This document shows positions 23,801 to 34,914 of a DNA stretch of 42,606 nucleotides, one piece after another. Location: assembly GCF_001194135.2 (NCBI RefSeq), contig NC_068988.1, positions 52,640,659-52,683,264 of the forward strand. The letters are read 5' to 3'. Every line of letters begins with the position of its first letter. Positions within the stretch are counted from its first letter, which is position 1. The stretch comes from Octopus bimaculoides (Eukaryota). The notes beneath the pieces are model-generated. The model made no database searches and had not been told where the DNA came from. It saw only the letters and a program-made list of their open reading frames with translations. The translations under genes were made by a program, and so were the position numbers.

Positions 23801-24499
23801 GGTAGCACTGTGGATTTAACAAGTAATTCATTGTTTAGCAAGACCAAGTTTAATGTTTGCCTTGAGACAAACTATCTTCGATGAAGATCCTGGTTTAGAA
23901 ACATCTGGATTCTGTCGTCTTTCGAATAACCACGAACAGTTTGTATCCACAATAGACACATATTCTTTCCAGGAGGAAGATTGTTTATTTCTTATTTAAT
24001 TAATGCAAATATGAAATTTTTGTGATTGGAAAAACAATTAGCTTAGCTTCAATAGAAGCAGTATAGTAGATCGGTTTATCGACAGACTATAGTCGTTGTT
24101 GAGCCACCGGAAGTAAATCAACCTAAGGTTATTTTTCTTTGGTCAAAAGGAAAAAAAAAACAACACCTCCACCACCAACCACAACAAGTAATTAGGGAGT
24201 TAAAGGGAGAATATGCCCTTAGCTCTCTGCTGGAGTGTCCAAGGAAAATATTGCCGTATGTAGTGGAGTAATGTGCGGCATATTTTCAAACGTCTTGTTC
24301 ACATCTGGTCATTAGACAGTAACTAATTGTACGATCTCTTACCCAGCTAAACTGGGGTTCGGATAGGCAGGGAGCGGTGAGGCTAGCTGTGGCAACATTG
24401 ATGGACAAGGGACAAAGAGAATCCTTACTATTGTTGCTATAGTAACCAGGAAGTTGCTGCTTGGACGGTCTGATCAATTAATCAATGGTTAATTTATTA

Positions 24500-24790
24500 A
24501 TTTAATCATCACGTAGAATCTGTGTTGTTGTGGTCGGTATCTGGTGATGGTGGTGATGGCTAGTGACGGGTGCGCAGGTGGCGTGATGGTGTTGATGATA
24601 ATGGTTACGATGGGGGATTGGTGGAGGATTAAGGGGGGATATGGTTATGGTGATGATGGTTATTGTGGTGTAGGAGGTAATGGTGACGGTGCTGCGGATG
24701 GTGGGGGTGATGGCTGTGATAAAGGAGTGGTGATGGGAGTGATGAGTGTGGTGATGGTGGTGGGTTGATAAGCTGACGGATCCAGAAGTA

Positions 24791-24831
<41 letters not shown>

Positions 24832-25070
24832 ATGTTGGTGGTGGTTGTGCTGGTGGTAGCGGCGGCAGCAGCGGTGGTAGTAGTGGTAGTGATAGTAGTA
24901 ATAGTATTGGTGGTAGTAATAGTTGTAGTATAAGCAGTAGTTTTGTTGTTGCTGATTATGACGATGATGATGACGACGACGATGATGATGATGGTGGTGG
25001 TAGCGGTGGTGGTGGTGGTTGTGGTGGTGGTAGTGGTGGTAGCGGCGGCGGCGATGTTCATCAATGTCTT
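24500..25070. repeat. Compound G-rich trinucleotide array (GGT/GAT/TAG/GAC)n
   Basis: Direct reading; source of the poly-H/Y/T ORFs. Confidence 0.92.
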
Positions 25071-25200
25071 TGTTGTTTAACCATGTAGTCAACCCCGATA
25101 GAGTCATCAAAACTATGATCAGAGACGTTCCTGATATGACCGTCCCTTGCAGCCAGGAATTGCGCTATGTAGAACTACTTTATAAATCTTCTCCTTTCCT
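25071..25200 (-). mobile_element. Family E copy 1 of tandem triple
   Basis: TGTTGTTTAACC ... CTATGATCAGAG ... ATGACCGTCCC. Confidence 0.65.
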
Positions 25201-25233
25201 TATTCAAGATGTCGTGGTCATCATTGTTGTCAT

Positions 25234-25442
25234 TGTTGTTTTAGTATAGCCAATCCAGCTCAACCTTGATCTAGCAGATCTATGTTGAAAAGCGTTCCAG
25301 CCGCGACTATCTAATCTTTTTACGGGTACACCAAGGGACTACATTATAAGAAGCTTCCTTACCGTGTGCAAAGCCGTAGGCTACGATGTGAAAGCTAATA
25401 GGCTGTTGTTTCTAGCATCTAAAGCGACCACGTAGAGGCTCT
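25234..25442 (-). mobile_element. Family E copy 2, near full length
   Basis: Includes the 5' end AGAGCCTCTACGTGGTCGC ... GCTAGAAACAACAGCC on the minus strand. Confidence 0.75.
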
Positions 25443-25464
25443 TTAATTGAGTTGTTATTGTCAT

Positions 25465-25587
25465 TGTTGTTGTTGTTGTTGTTTTGTCCCAAATCAACAT
25501 TGATAGAGTAGATCTACCGTAAAAGACGTTCTAGCCATGGCCATCCTATATTAGTGATACAAAAGACTACGTTATCTAATGTACCTT
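25465..25587 (-). mobile_element. Family E copy 3
   Basis: GTTTTGTCCC ... AGATCTACC ... GTTCTAGCCATGGCCATCC ... GACTACGTTATCTAATGT. Confidence 0.65.
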
Positions 25588-25679
25588 GCCTAATGGTAAG
25601 ATGGTTGGACCTGCTTTGAAGGCGATTCGGTTACTATTTCTTGCAGGTCTGGGCGAATTCTTGATGGTGGTGGCAACAC

Positions 25680-26070
25680 TGTGTTGCTGATGATGGAGAT
25701 GATGTTGCTTTAAGACTGATGGTAGCCATGTTATTGCTATTGTCGTGTTATAGTTAAAAGTAATGGTGTAAATGGTTGTGGTGGTGGTGGTGGTGGTAGT
25801 GTACTGTGGAGGTAATGGTAGTGCTGCTAGTGGTGGTGATGGTGGTGACAATGATGGTGGTAAGGTGGGTTGTGGCTGTGGTGAAGGTGATAGTCGTCTT
25901 GAGATGTGTGAAGGTGGTAGTATTGATACCAACGTCAATACATTTTTAGCGATATAGTAGTAGTAGTAGTAGTGGGGGGTAGCGGTGTTGGTGGTGATAG
26001 TAGTAGTAGTAGTGGTGGTGGGTAGCGGTGTTGGTGGTGATAGTAGTAGTAGTAGTAGTAGTAGCAGCAT
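25680..26070. repeat. Compound (GGT/TAG)n array with a duplicated GTAGCGGTGTTGGTGGTGATAG unit
   Basis: Direct reading. Confidence 0.88.
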
Positions 26071-26200
26071 CCATAATTTTCCCAATTGGCGAGACAACAC
26101 GTGTAAACACACACACACACACACACAAACACATACACATTAGCACACGCTTTCTGCATATGCACAATCTGTCCACCCGCCCACACACCCAGAAACAACA

Positions 26201-26238
<38 letters not shown>

Positions 26239-26610
26239 CTGTTTTACGACTATAACAAGCTGGGGTCCGTCCCAGTCCGGCACGTGTCGCCATATTGATT
26301 CATTTCGTCTTACCTCAAAAATACATATAAACACCATACTATGTTTGTGTTCACCATTGATTCCCCAACCAACTACCACGAAACACCACCTACCTTCTAT
26401 TTAATGATCCTATACCATTTTCTCTCTCTCCTTTTTTTCCTACAGTCCTCCCCGTTCTCTCTCCCCCCCCTCTCTCTCTCTCTCTCTCTCCCTTTCTCTG
26501 TCTCTCTCTCTCTCCATTTATCAGGTTTCCACGAAGTCGCACAATTCGGTGTTGAGACTAACTTCCTCTGGACCGTTGATACATTACTTTCGATTTCCTT
26601 AATCCTTTAT

Positions 26611-26812
26611 CTTTTACCTTTTTTGGTAGTTTCAGTCAATAGACTGCGGCCAGGCTGGGGCACTGCGTTGGCAGGTTTAGTTGAACAAATCAACTCTAGT
26701 ATTTTTTTTCTAGGCCTGCTACTTATTCTATCGGTTTTGTTAGGCGAACCACTAGATTACTGTGGCGTAAACAATCCAGCACTGGTTGACAAGTCATGGT
26801 GGAGGACAAACT

Positions 26813-26847
<35 letters not shown>

Positions 26848-26995
26848 CTTCTTTCAATGTCCGTCTACCAAATATCCATTTGGCCGTCCAGGGTCTATAG
26901 TAGAAAGGGACTTGCCCAAGGTGCCGTACTGTGGAACAGAACGCGATTCCATTTGGTTGAGAGGGTAAGTTTCTTAACCACACAGTCACGCCCGC
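26611..26995 (-). mobile_element. SINE family A, diverged full length
   Basis: Both halves plus internal (CA)n. Confidence 0.85.
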
Positions 26996-27190
26996 GGTTT
27001 CTTTTCTTTGTAATTTATTTTTGTTTTTCTATTTTCAGCTTTTCAGACGACATAATACCAACGACAACTTACATAGTACATCTTCTACGATTGCCCATAG
27101 CCCTTATAAGAAACAGCATGTCGTTTGGCCAACGGCTCATTAGAAAACAGCCGGCTGGGCCACCACGCTCCGGTGTCGCACATTCAATCC

Positions 27191-27362
27191 GTAGTCGAAT
27201 ATATCGGCCCCTATATACAACGATTATTTATTCTATTGTCCCTAAGAGGATGAAAGGCAAAGTTAATCTCGGTGAGATTTTAATTCAGGACATTAGAGCC
27301 AATATTTAAATAATACAAAGTATTTTGTTCGACGTTCTATTGATTCTACTAATCAAGCGCCA
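27191..27362 (-). mobile_element. SINE family B, old copy 1 of triple
   Basis: GGATGAAAGGCAAAGTTAATCTCGG ... GATTCTACT. Confidence 0.65.
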
Positions 27363-27377
27363 TTCTTTTCAGAATCC

Positions 27378-27535
27378 TTTCTACTACTATAAGCACAAAG
27401 GTTGAAATTTTGGCGGAGAGGGCTTGTTGACTGCAGTGTTCAACTTATTTTATTTTGTCAATCTCAAAAAACTGAAAGGCGGAATTTTAAGCATTTTAAT
27501 CAAGTATGCTGGCAAATCTGACAATTTGTCGTCTT
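27378..27535 (-). mobile_element. SINE family B, internally deleted copy 2 of triple
   Basis: CTACTATAAGCACAAAGGTTGAAATTTTGG ... GAAAGGC. Confidence 0.6.
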
Positions 27536-27551
27536 CATTTTTTTGAAAATA

Positions 27552-27764
27552 GTTTTGAAATTTCGGTACAAGGCCAGCAATTTCGGGGGAGGGGGTAGGT
27601 TGATTACATCGATGCTAGTGATCAATTAGTATTTATTTTATCGACTCTAAAAGGATGAAAAGTAAGGGTGACCTCGGTGGAATTTGAAATCAGAACGTAA
27701 GGACGGACAAAATGCTACTAGACGTTTTGCCTGGCGTAGTAACGATTCTACCAGCTCACCGCCA
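27552..27764 (-). mobile_element. SINE family B, copy 3 of triple
   Basis: Full alignment to 11072-11288. Confidence 0.88.
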
Positions 27765-27939
27765 TCATTCTTTTAATAGAAAACATATCTACCGGTATTT
27801 ACTACTAAAATCTAGATTTATCTCCTCTTCCATCTTAACGATAATGATGAAGGTTAGTCCTCTTATTGTGGATCACAAGTTTCAAGGTTTTCCAGTGGTA
27901 CTAGAAAATGTTGCTAACTCTTGATTACTGTTGACTAAT

Positions 27940-27970
27940 TCTTCTTCTTCTTCTTCTTCTTCTTCTTCTT

Positions 27971-28060
<90 letters not shown>
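27940..28060. repeat. (TCT)n then (TAT)n
   Basis: Direct reading. Confidence 0.96.
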
Positions 28061-28312
28061 NNNNNNNNNNNNNNNNNNNNNNNNNNNNNNNNNNNNNNNN
28101 NNNNNNNNNNNNNNNNNNNNNNNNNNNNNNNNNNNNNNNNNNNNNNNNNNNNNNNNNNNNNNNNNNNNNNNNNNNNNNNNNNNNNNNNNNNNNNNNNNNN
28201 NNNNNNNNNNNNNNNNNNNNNNNNNNNNNNNNNNNNNNNNNNNNNNNNNNNNNNNNNNNNNNNNNNNNNNNNNNNNNNNNNNNNNNNNNNNNNNNNNNNN
28301 NNNNNNNNNNNN

Positions 28313-28548
<236 letters not shown>

Positions 28549-28689
28549 ATGAAATATATGACAAGTTTCTTCTGGTCGTGCACCGCACTGAAGCTTATCA
28601 ATCACCGTTAACATTACCGAAAAATTTCACAAAAAGAAGTGATGGGCTTTGGTGAGGACAGATAGCCAAGCTGGTCTTCTTGATAATGT

Positions 28690-29204
28690 ATGTAGCCTTC
28701 TTTGTCATTGAATCATTCATCGCTGATCCGGGATAACACGATGTGCTCAATTGTGAACCATGTTACGCTTATCACGGATTGACCTGTAATATTACTGGTT
28801 GCCGATCAATCAAGGAATCTGCTTGCACCGGAAAAACGCGCCCTAGCGGTCACCCAAAGAGTTCGGCTGCCAAAAATACACTGACTATCGCTTGTGCTCA
28901 CATGATTGTGCTGCGAAGTTGCGTATTTATTTACAAACTTATGTACTTCTATTCATCAACATGGAACCAATGAACAGAAATATAGGAAGGTGCCTGATCG
29001 TAACAAATGACGTAGGCAAGTGCATTCTCTACTGGAAGAGGTAAAAATGATCATGAAAGTACGTGACGGTAGAAGCTTCGCTGCTTTTGGGCAGTAAGTT
29101 TGGTGTGAATGAATCTACCATTCATTTCATTTATGAAATGCGTAGGGACGATTCATTTATCACAGTTTTAACCATTCCTCCGTGATAAATGAGGATAGAT
29201 CTAT
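28690..29204 (+). mobile_element. Degenerate Tigger/pogo-type internally deleted element
   Basis: 29032-29137 reads LEEVKMIMKVRDGRSFAA[frameshift]GSKFGVNESTIHFIY (HTH-psq/CENP-B N-terminus-like). Right-end TIR-like CCGTGATAAATGAGGATAG and inner CTTATCACGG; left end uncertain. Confidence 0.55.
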
Positions 29205-29304
29205 ACAAAAAAACTATGACAGTATAAAGTTTCTCAAAACTTACTGAACGCTGTTGTGGTTGTTATGTATATTGGAACAAACTTATTGTTAGATACACAT
29301 GTAT

Positions 29305-29683
29305 GGGTGCAGGCGTGGCTGTGTGTTTCTTTCCCTACCACATGATTCCGGGTTCAATCCCACAGCATGGCACCTTGGGCAAGTGTCTTATACTGTAGCC
29401 TCGGGCCGACCTAAGCCTTGTGAGTGGATTTAGTAAACGGAAACTGAAAGAAACTCATCGTGTGTATATGCGTGCGCGCGCGTCTGTTTGCCGCACCACC
29501 ACCGCTTTACAACCGGTGTTGGTTCATTCGCGTTCCTGTTCACTAGCGGTTCGGCAAAAGAAAGCGATAGAATATGTACAAGGCTTTAAAAATAAAAAAG
29601 AAATTCTGGCGTCGATTCGTTCGACTAAAAGTTCTTGAAGGCGGTGCCCCAGCATGGTCGCAGTCTAATAACTGAAACAAGTA
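29305..29683 (+). mobile_element. SINE family A, full length
   Basis: Head GGGTGCAGGCGTGGCTGTGTG; both halves present with a short internal tract. Confidence 0.88.
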
Positions 29684-29934
29684 ATGGAATATACACAACA
29701 CACACATACACACCCACACACACAGCTCTACCCATTACTCAAACCATAGATTACACACGAAATAGTAGCGCCCCCCACTCCCTTTGTAAATGCCATAGCT
29801 GACATCCTCTAATCGATGCAGTTGATGGCACAACAATTCAAAAGTGTCTCCATCAAACGTTTATCGATCTCCGAAAGATATTCGATGATCTTAGAGAAGG
29901 AAAAATGTAAAATAGTAGTGAAATCAATATGGTT

Positions 29935-30080
29935 GTCATCGTTGTCGTTGTCAACGTGGTGGTGGTGGTGGTCGTCGTCGTTGTGCCGTCGTCGTCAACG
30001 TGGTGGTGGTAGAGGTTGTCGTCGACGTCGTCGTCAACTTGGTGCGTGGTGGTGGTGGTGGTCGTCGTCGTCGTGGATGG
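29935..30080. repeat. (GTC/GGT)n compound array
   Basis: Direct reading. Confidence 0.9.
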
Positions 30081-30295
30081 TGTTGTTTATCAATCGGATC
30101 TATAATCAAAGATAATCCGATCGTAACTGTCCCATCTTTAATTCAGACGTAATTTTTCTCTGATTGGATTATGTAGTGTAATCCCTCCTTTACACGTTTT
30201 TGTTTTTGTGTTTTGCTCAATACAATGTTAAGAATGTGATTTCAAGGAGAGATTTGGCTACTACTTCAAGCATGACGAGCGACCACATTGAGACT
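30081..30295 (-). mobile_element. Family E, near full length
   Basis: GGATCTATAATCAAAG ... GTGATTTCAAGGAGAGATTTGGCTACTACTTC ... GAGCGACCAC. Confidence 0.72.
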
Positions 30296-30329
30296 TAAGA
30301 AATTATTGGTTTTATTCTGAATCTTCTAC

Positions 30330-30650
30330 TTCTCCTCCTCCACCTCCTCCTCCTCTCCTTATCATCATGATGATGATGATGATGATCATCATCATCATCA
30401 TCGTCCCCTTCCTCTTCATCATCCTCATTATCATCACCGTCGTTGTCATCATCATCGTCGTCGTCGTCGTCGTCGTCGTTGTCATCACAGTCATCATCAC
30501 CGTCCTCATCGTCGTCGTTACCACCGTCATCATCACCATCATCACTATCATCAGCATCTTCGTCGTGGTCCTCTTCCTCCTCCTCCTCCTCCTCCTCCTC
30601 CTCCTCCTCCTTCTCCTCCTCCTCATCATCATCATTATTGTCATCATCAC

Positions 30651-30697
<47 letters not shown>

Positions 30698-30715
30698 CCA
30701 CCACCATAATCACTC
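30330..30715. repeat. Compound (CCT/CAT/CGT)n array
   Basis: Direct reading; source of the poly-D/E, poly-M and poly-S ORFs. Confidence 0.93.
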
Positions 30716-31088
30716 CTCAACTAAAACGAGTCATTGGCTCGCTCCCTTAGTTTTGTCTGACACACATTTAGTAAATACAGAAAATTGCTTGAAGTAAATA
30801 AAATCTATCAACAGAGGAGCGGTTCATATTGATTAAGGGTAGTGATAATGTTTTACTTTTCCTATGTCAGAGACATCAGTTTATACCAGTCTTTCTTACA
30901 TTTTTCTGTATTATACCCCCTCCCCCACATTTTATCGAGTCACCATTCCGATTCGCCCTACACATATGTCAAATCTTAAGAAAAGAAATGTATTCTTCAT
31001 TACAACAAAGACTATTATTTAGCATAAATAAGCTTTTTTTCTTTTATCATTTACTATCAACATTCTTAAAAATAATCGTTAAGGGAAA

Positions 31089-31254
31089 TACCCTGTTTGA
31101 TAGCATATAAGACGCATCCTTTCTTTAAAAAAAAGTGTTTCAAAAAATCACCATTGATCTTATATACAAAGTTCGGTACCCCTGAAAAATCCGCCGCTGA
31201 AATTGGGGGTACGTCTAATACGCCGGTGCATCTTTCAGGCTATGAAATACTGTA
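31089..31254. mobile_element. Degenerate pogo/Tc1-type MITE (~166 bp)
   Basis: Ends TACCCTGTTTGATAGCATATAAGACGCATCC and CGGTGCATCTTTCAGGCTATGAAATACTGTA are inverted (about 21/31 match); GGGGGTACGTCTAATACGCCGGTGC subterminal motif. Confidence 0.65.
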
Positions 31255-31515
31255 AATTTAGAAGGAAAAAAAAAAAAAAACACAGAGTGAATTATGATTA
31301 AGTATTGTTCGACCTAAAAAAAATATTTCCCACGCTGGAAAACTTAAATGTACTTTAGAATCCTGAATATTTTTATCCGGGATAAAGAAGATTTATGCAA
31401 AGTGAAATAGCTACATTTTGATCATCGAAATAGGATAGCCAAATGTTTATATCTCGACTACTTTGTTTGACTCATTAGCTAAATTAAGATGGAAGTAATA
31501 TAATAACTTAACACA

Positions 31516-32023
31516 AGGTTGGGAAGAAGTCAGCTTCCCAACCGTATAGTTCCGGGTTCAGTTCCACTGCATGATACCCTGGACAAGTGTCTTCTACTAT
31601 AGTCTTAGGTCCACCACAGCCTTCTGAGTGGATCTGAAAGACGGAAACTAAAAGAAGCCCGTCGTGTATATCTATATCTTATTTCTTTATTGCTCACAAG
31701 GGGCTAAACATAGAGGAGATCGACTCCACTGCGTAACTGGTACTTAATTTATCGACCCCGAAAAGATGAAAGGCAAAGTCGACCTCGGCGGAATTTGAAC
31801 TCAGAACGTAACGGCAGACGAAATACCGCTAAGCATTTCTTCCGGCTTGCTAACGCGTGTGTGTGTGTGTGTGCGTTTGCGCGTGCCACATCGTTTGACA
31901 ACTTTTGGTCGTTAGAATAAACCCTAAACTTAAAAGATAAGTTCTAGCGGTGATTTGTTTGACTAAAACCTTTTAAGTTGGTGTCTCCAGCATAGCCTCA
32001 GTCCAATGACTGAAACAAGTAAA
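31516..32023 (+). mobile_element. SINE family A interrupted by a family B copy
   Basis: 5' half 31516-31665; 3' half 31856-32023. Confidence 0.82.
31679..31855 (-). mobile_element. SINE family B (CTTGTGAGCAATAAAGAAAT tail variant) nested in family A
   Basis: Core nearly identical to 7261-7474; different 3' tail. Confidence 0.88.
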
Positions 32024-32722
32024 CTATAATAAGAAACTGCAAATTTTCCGTCTAAAATTTAAGACAATCATAATACAAATAAAACTAATCGTGTGAAATG
32101 ATTAAGTTACATCTTCGAAGAATATCTACAGAAATAACCAGTTCGTGGATTCAAATTGATGTAAAATGTTAAAATTATATCTTGAAATTTTTCAAAGCTA
32201 TCATTGTGATTATTGATATATGAAAATTTGCTAGCCAACCGCAAATGCTGTTCTTTATGGTTTTGTATGAATAATATGAAAAATGTGTGTATGTGTGAAG
32301 TGAATGATTCACCACAGATGTCAGTTGTACTCTGTTGTGTATGATGCATTTGTAAATTAAGGTGCAGCAACTGTTTAGACCTGTCTGGGTTGTGTCATGC
32401 GGCATAGACGTCCTTGAACATTATCAGCATATTCCGGCACACGAAATTAACGATAACGATTTTGATTGGTTACTGGCCCGATACGAACACTGCCTCCCCA
32501 AATGAATCAAATTGTATATCTAATTATCCTTCACTTACTCCTATAATCCGATCCCCATCTTAACTGTGTATTTCATCTTGGCTTCATGAGTTGACGAAAG
32601 TTAGGCCAAAAGAATACGACAAATTTATATATTAACTGCTAAATATAGTACCGGATCAAATATCCAGCAAGCTTGGGACAGGAACTGGCCCAGGTTTAGG
32701 GGTTTTTCAGTCTTCTAGAGAG

Positions 32723-32886
32723 AGGCGTAGGAGTGGCTGTGTGGTTAGTAGCTTGCTTACAAACCACATGGTTCCGGATTCAGTCCCACTGCGTGGCACT
32801 TTGGGCAAGTGTCTTCTAATGTAGTTTCAGGCCGACCAAAGACTTGTGAGTAGATTTGGTAGACGGAAACTGAAAGAAGCCGTCGT
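32723..32886 (+). mobile_element. SINE family A, 5' half, young
   Basis: AGGCGTAGGAGTGGCTGTGTGG head; runs into (TA)n and a gap. Confidence 0.92.
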
Positions 32887-33784
32887 GTCTATATATATAT
32901 ANNNNNNNNNNNNNNNNNNNNNNNNNNNNNNNNNNNNNNNNNNNNNNNNNNNNNNNNNNNNNNNNNNNNNNNNNNNNNNNNNNNNNNNNNNNNNNNNNNN
33001 NNNNNNNNNNNNNNNNNNNNNNNNNNNNNNNNNNNNNNNNNNNNNNNNNNNNNNNNNNNNNNNNNNNNNNNNNNNNNNNNNNNNNNNNNNNNNNNNNNNN
33101 NNNNNNNNNNNNNNNNNNNNNNNNNNNNNNNNNNNNNNNNNNNNNNNNNNNNNNNNNNNNNNNNNNNNNNNNNNNNNNNNNNNNNNNNNNNNNNNNNNNN
33201 NNNNNNNNNNNNNNNNNNNNNNNNNNNNNNNNNNNNNNNNNNNNNNNNNNNNNNNNNNNNNNNNNNNNNNNNNNNNNNNNNNNNNNNNNNNNNNNNNNNN
33301 NNNNNNNNNNNNNNNNNNNNNNNNNNNNNNNNNNNNNNNNNNNNNNNNNNNNNNNNNNNNNNNNNNNNNNNNNNNNNNNNNNNNNNNNNNNNNNNNNNNN
33401 NNNNNNNNNNNNNNNNNNNNNNNNNNNNNNNNNNNNNNNNNNNNNNNNNNNNNNNNNNNNNNNNNNNNNNNNNNNNNNNNNNNNNNNNNNNNNNNNNNNN
33501 NNNNNNNNNNNNNNNNNNNNNNNNNNNNNNNNNNNNNNNNNNNNNNNNNNNNNNNNNNNNNNNNNNNNNNNNNNNNNNNNNNNNNNNNNNNNNNNNNNNN
33601 NNNNNNNNNNNNNNNNNNNNNNNNNNNNNNNNNNNNNNNNNNNNNNNNNNNNNNNNNNNNNNNNNNNNNNNNNNNNNNNNNNNNNNNNNNNNNNNNNNNN
33701 NNNNNNNNNNNNNNNNNNNNNNNNNNNNNNNNNNNNNNNNNNNNNNNNNNNNNNNNNNNNNNNNNNNNNNNNNNNNNNNNNNNN

Positions 33785-33835
<51 letters not shown>

Positions 33836-34813
33836 TACATATACATATACATATATACATACATATACACACAATTTATGCAAAGTAACCAACTTCAAAA
33901 ACAAGGTCTGTTTATTCAATACAGGGTACATCATACTGTATAGTAAGTAGCGCACATTAACCCCGGATTTCTGGAAATTCCGGTTTGTGAAAATTCCGGA
34001 TTTCTGTAACCCGAACAAGAACTCTATTATTGTACATGTAACCTCCTATCACATGTGTCCCACCTCCTATGGTCCAACATTCGCACTTTTCTCATTTTTA
34101 CCATTTCTTCCCCTATCGGTTTTGGTTTTCCTGTGCCATAGATTACCCCCCACTGACAACCCTCATCACTTTTTCCACGTTTGTAAGTGACGTCTACTCA
34201 CATTAATTGCCCATATCAGTGTAACTGTTTCTTCCTCATTCATTGTCTTTATAAATTTTAATAGTATAAATGACTACTTGCCTTCGCACATCAAATGTGC
34301 CCTACCTTCCATTGCTAATTGTCATTTCGTATCCGGCAATCCGGCAGAGCACATTAACTCATATTTCTCTCCTTTCTATACATCTCCCACGTTCATTACC
34401 TGTCTCGTTCCCCAACAAAGCATTTCACTTCATAGAATAGAAGCACTTTGCTGTTAAGACGAGTAAGAACTTGTCGAATTTCTGGCATCCATGTCGTGCT
34501 GTAGTGACACCACTTTCACATAACTCAATACACACTACACGCGCATGCGCGCATGCATACTCTCTCACACACACACACGCGTATACGTATGTATGTATGT
34601 ATGTATGTGTTATGTCTCAAGCTACTGCTATCTAGCACCTTCGGATGATCTCTATTCAACCGCTATACAACCGCTACACAACTGCTACTCAATATTCCTA
34701 CCACGGCCAGACTACCTCTATTTATATGCTTTGGGAGATCCTACTTCTTCGCCTGGGGGCGTCGACACAACAGTATGTATGCATGTAAGTATGCTAATAT
34801 GTATGAATGTGTG

Positions 34814-34914
34814 TACCTTGGGCACGTTGACCAAGTGTCTTCTACTATAGCCTCGGGTCGACTGAAGCCTTGTGAGTGGATTTGGTAGATGGAAACTGAA
34901 AGAAGCCCGTCGTA
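34814..34914 (+). mobile_element. SINE family A, partial 5' half
   Basis: CAAGTGTCTTCTACTATAGCCTCGGG ... GAAGCCCGTCGTA, then gap. Confidence 0.88.

Noticed and set aside
24502-25110. 202-aa His/Tyr-rich ORF
   Set aside because: Translation of a compound triplet array that is open in several frames.
26341-27309. 322-aa ORF, the longest without Ns
   Set aside because: Reads through a (CT)n tract, an antisense family A SINE and a family B remnant; no domain.
30295-30720. 141-aa acidic poly-D/E ORF
   Set aside because: Triplet array open in multiple frames and abutting a family E copy; not a credible acidic protein.
33960-34012. Three CCGG(A/T)TTT(C/G)TG repeats at 16-17 bp spacing
   Set aside because: Probably a transposon subterminal remnant, but no ends were found; too little to call.
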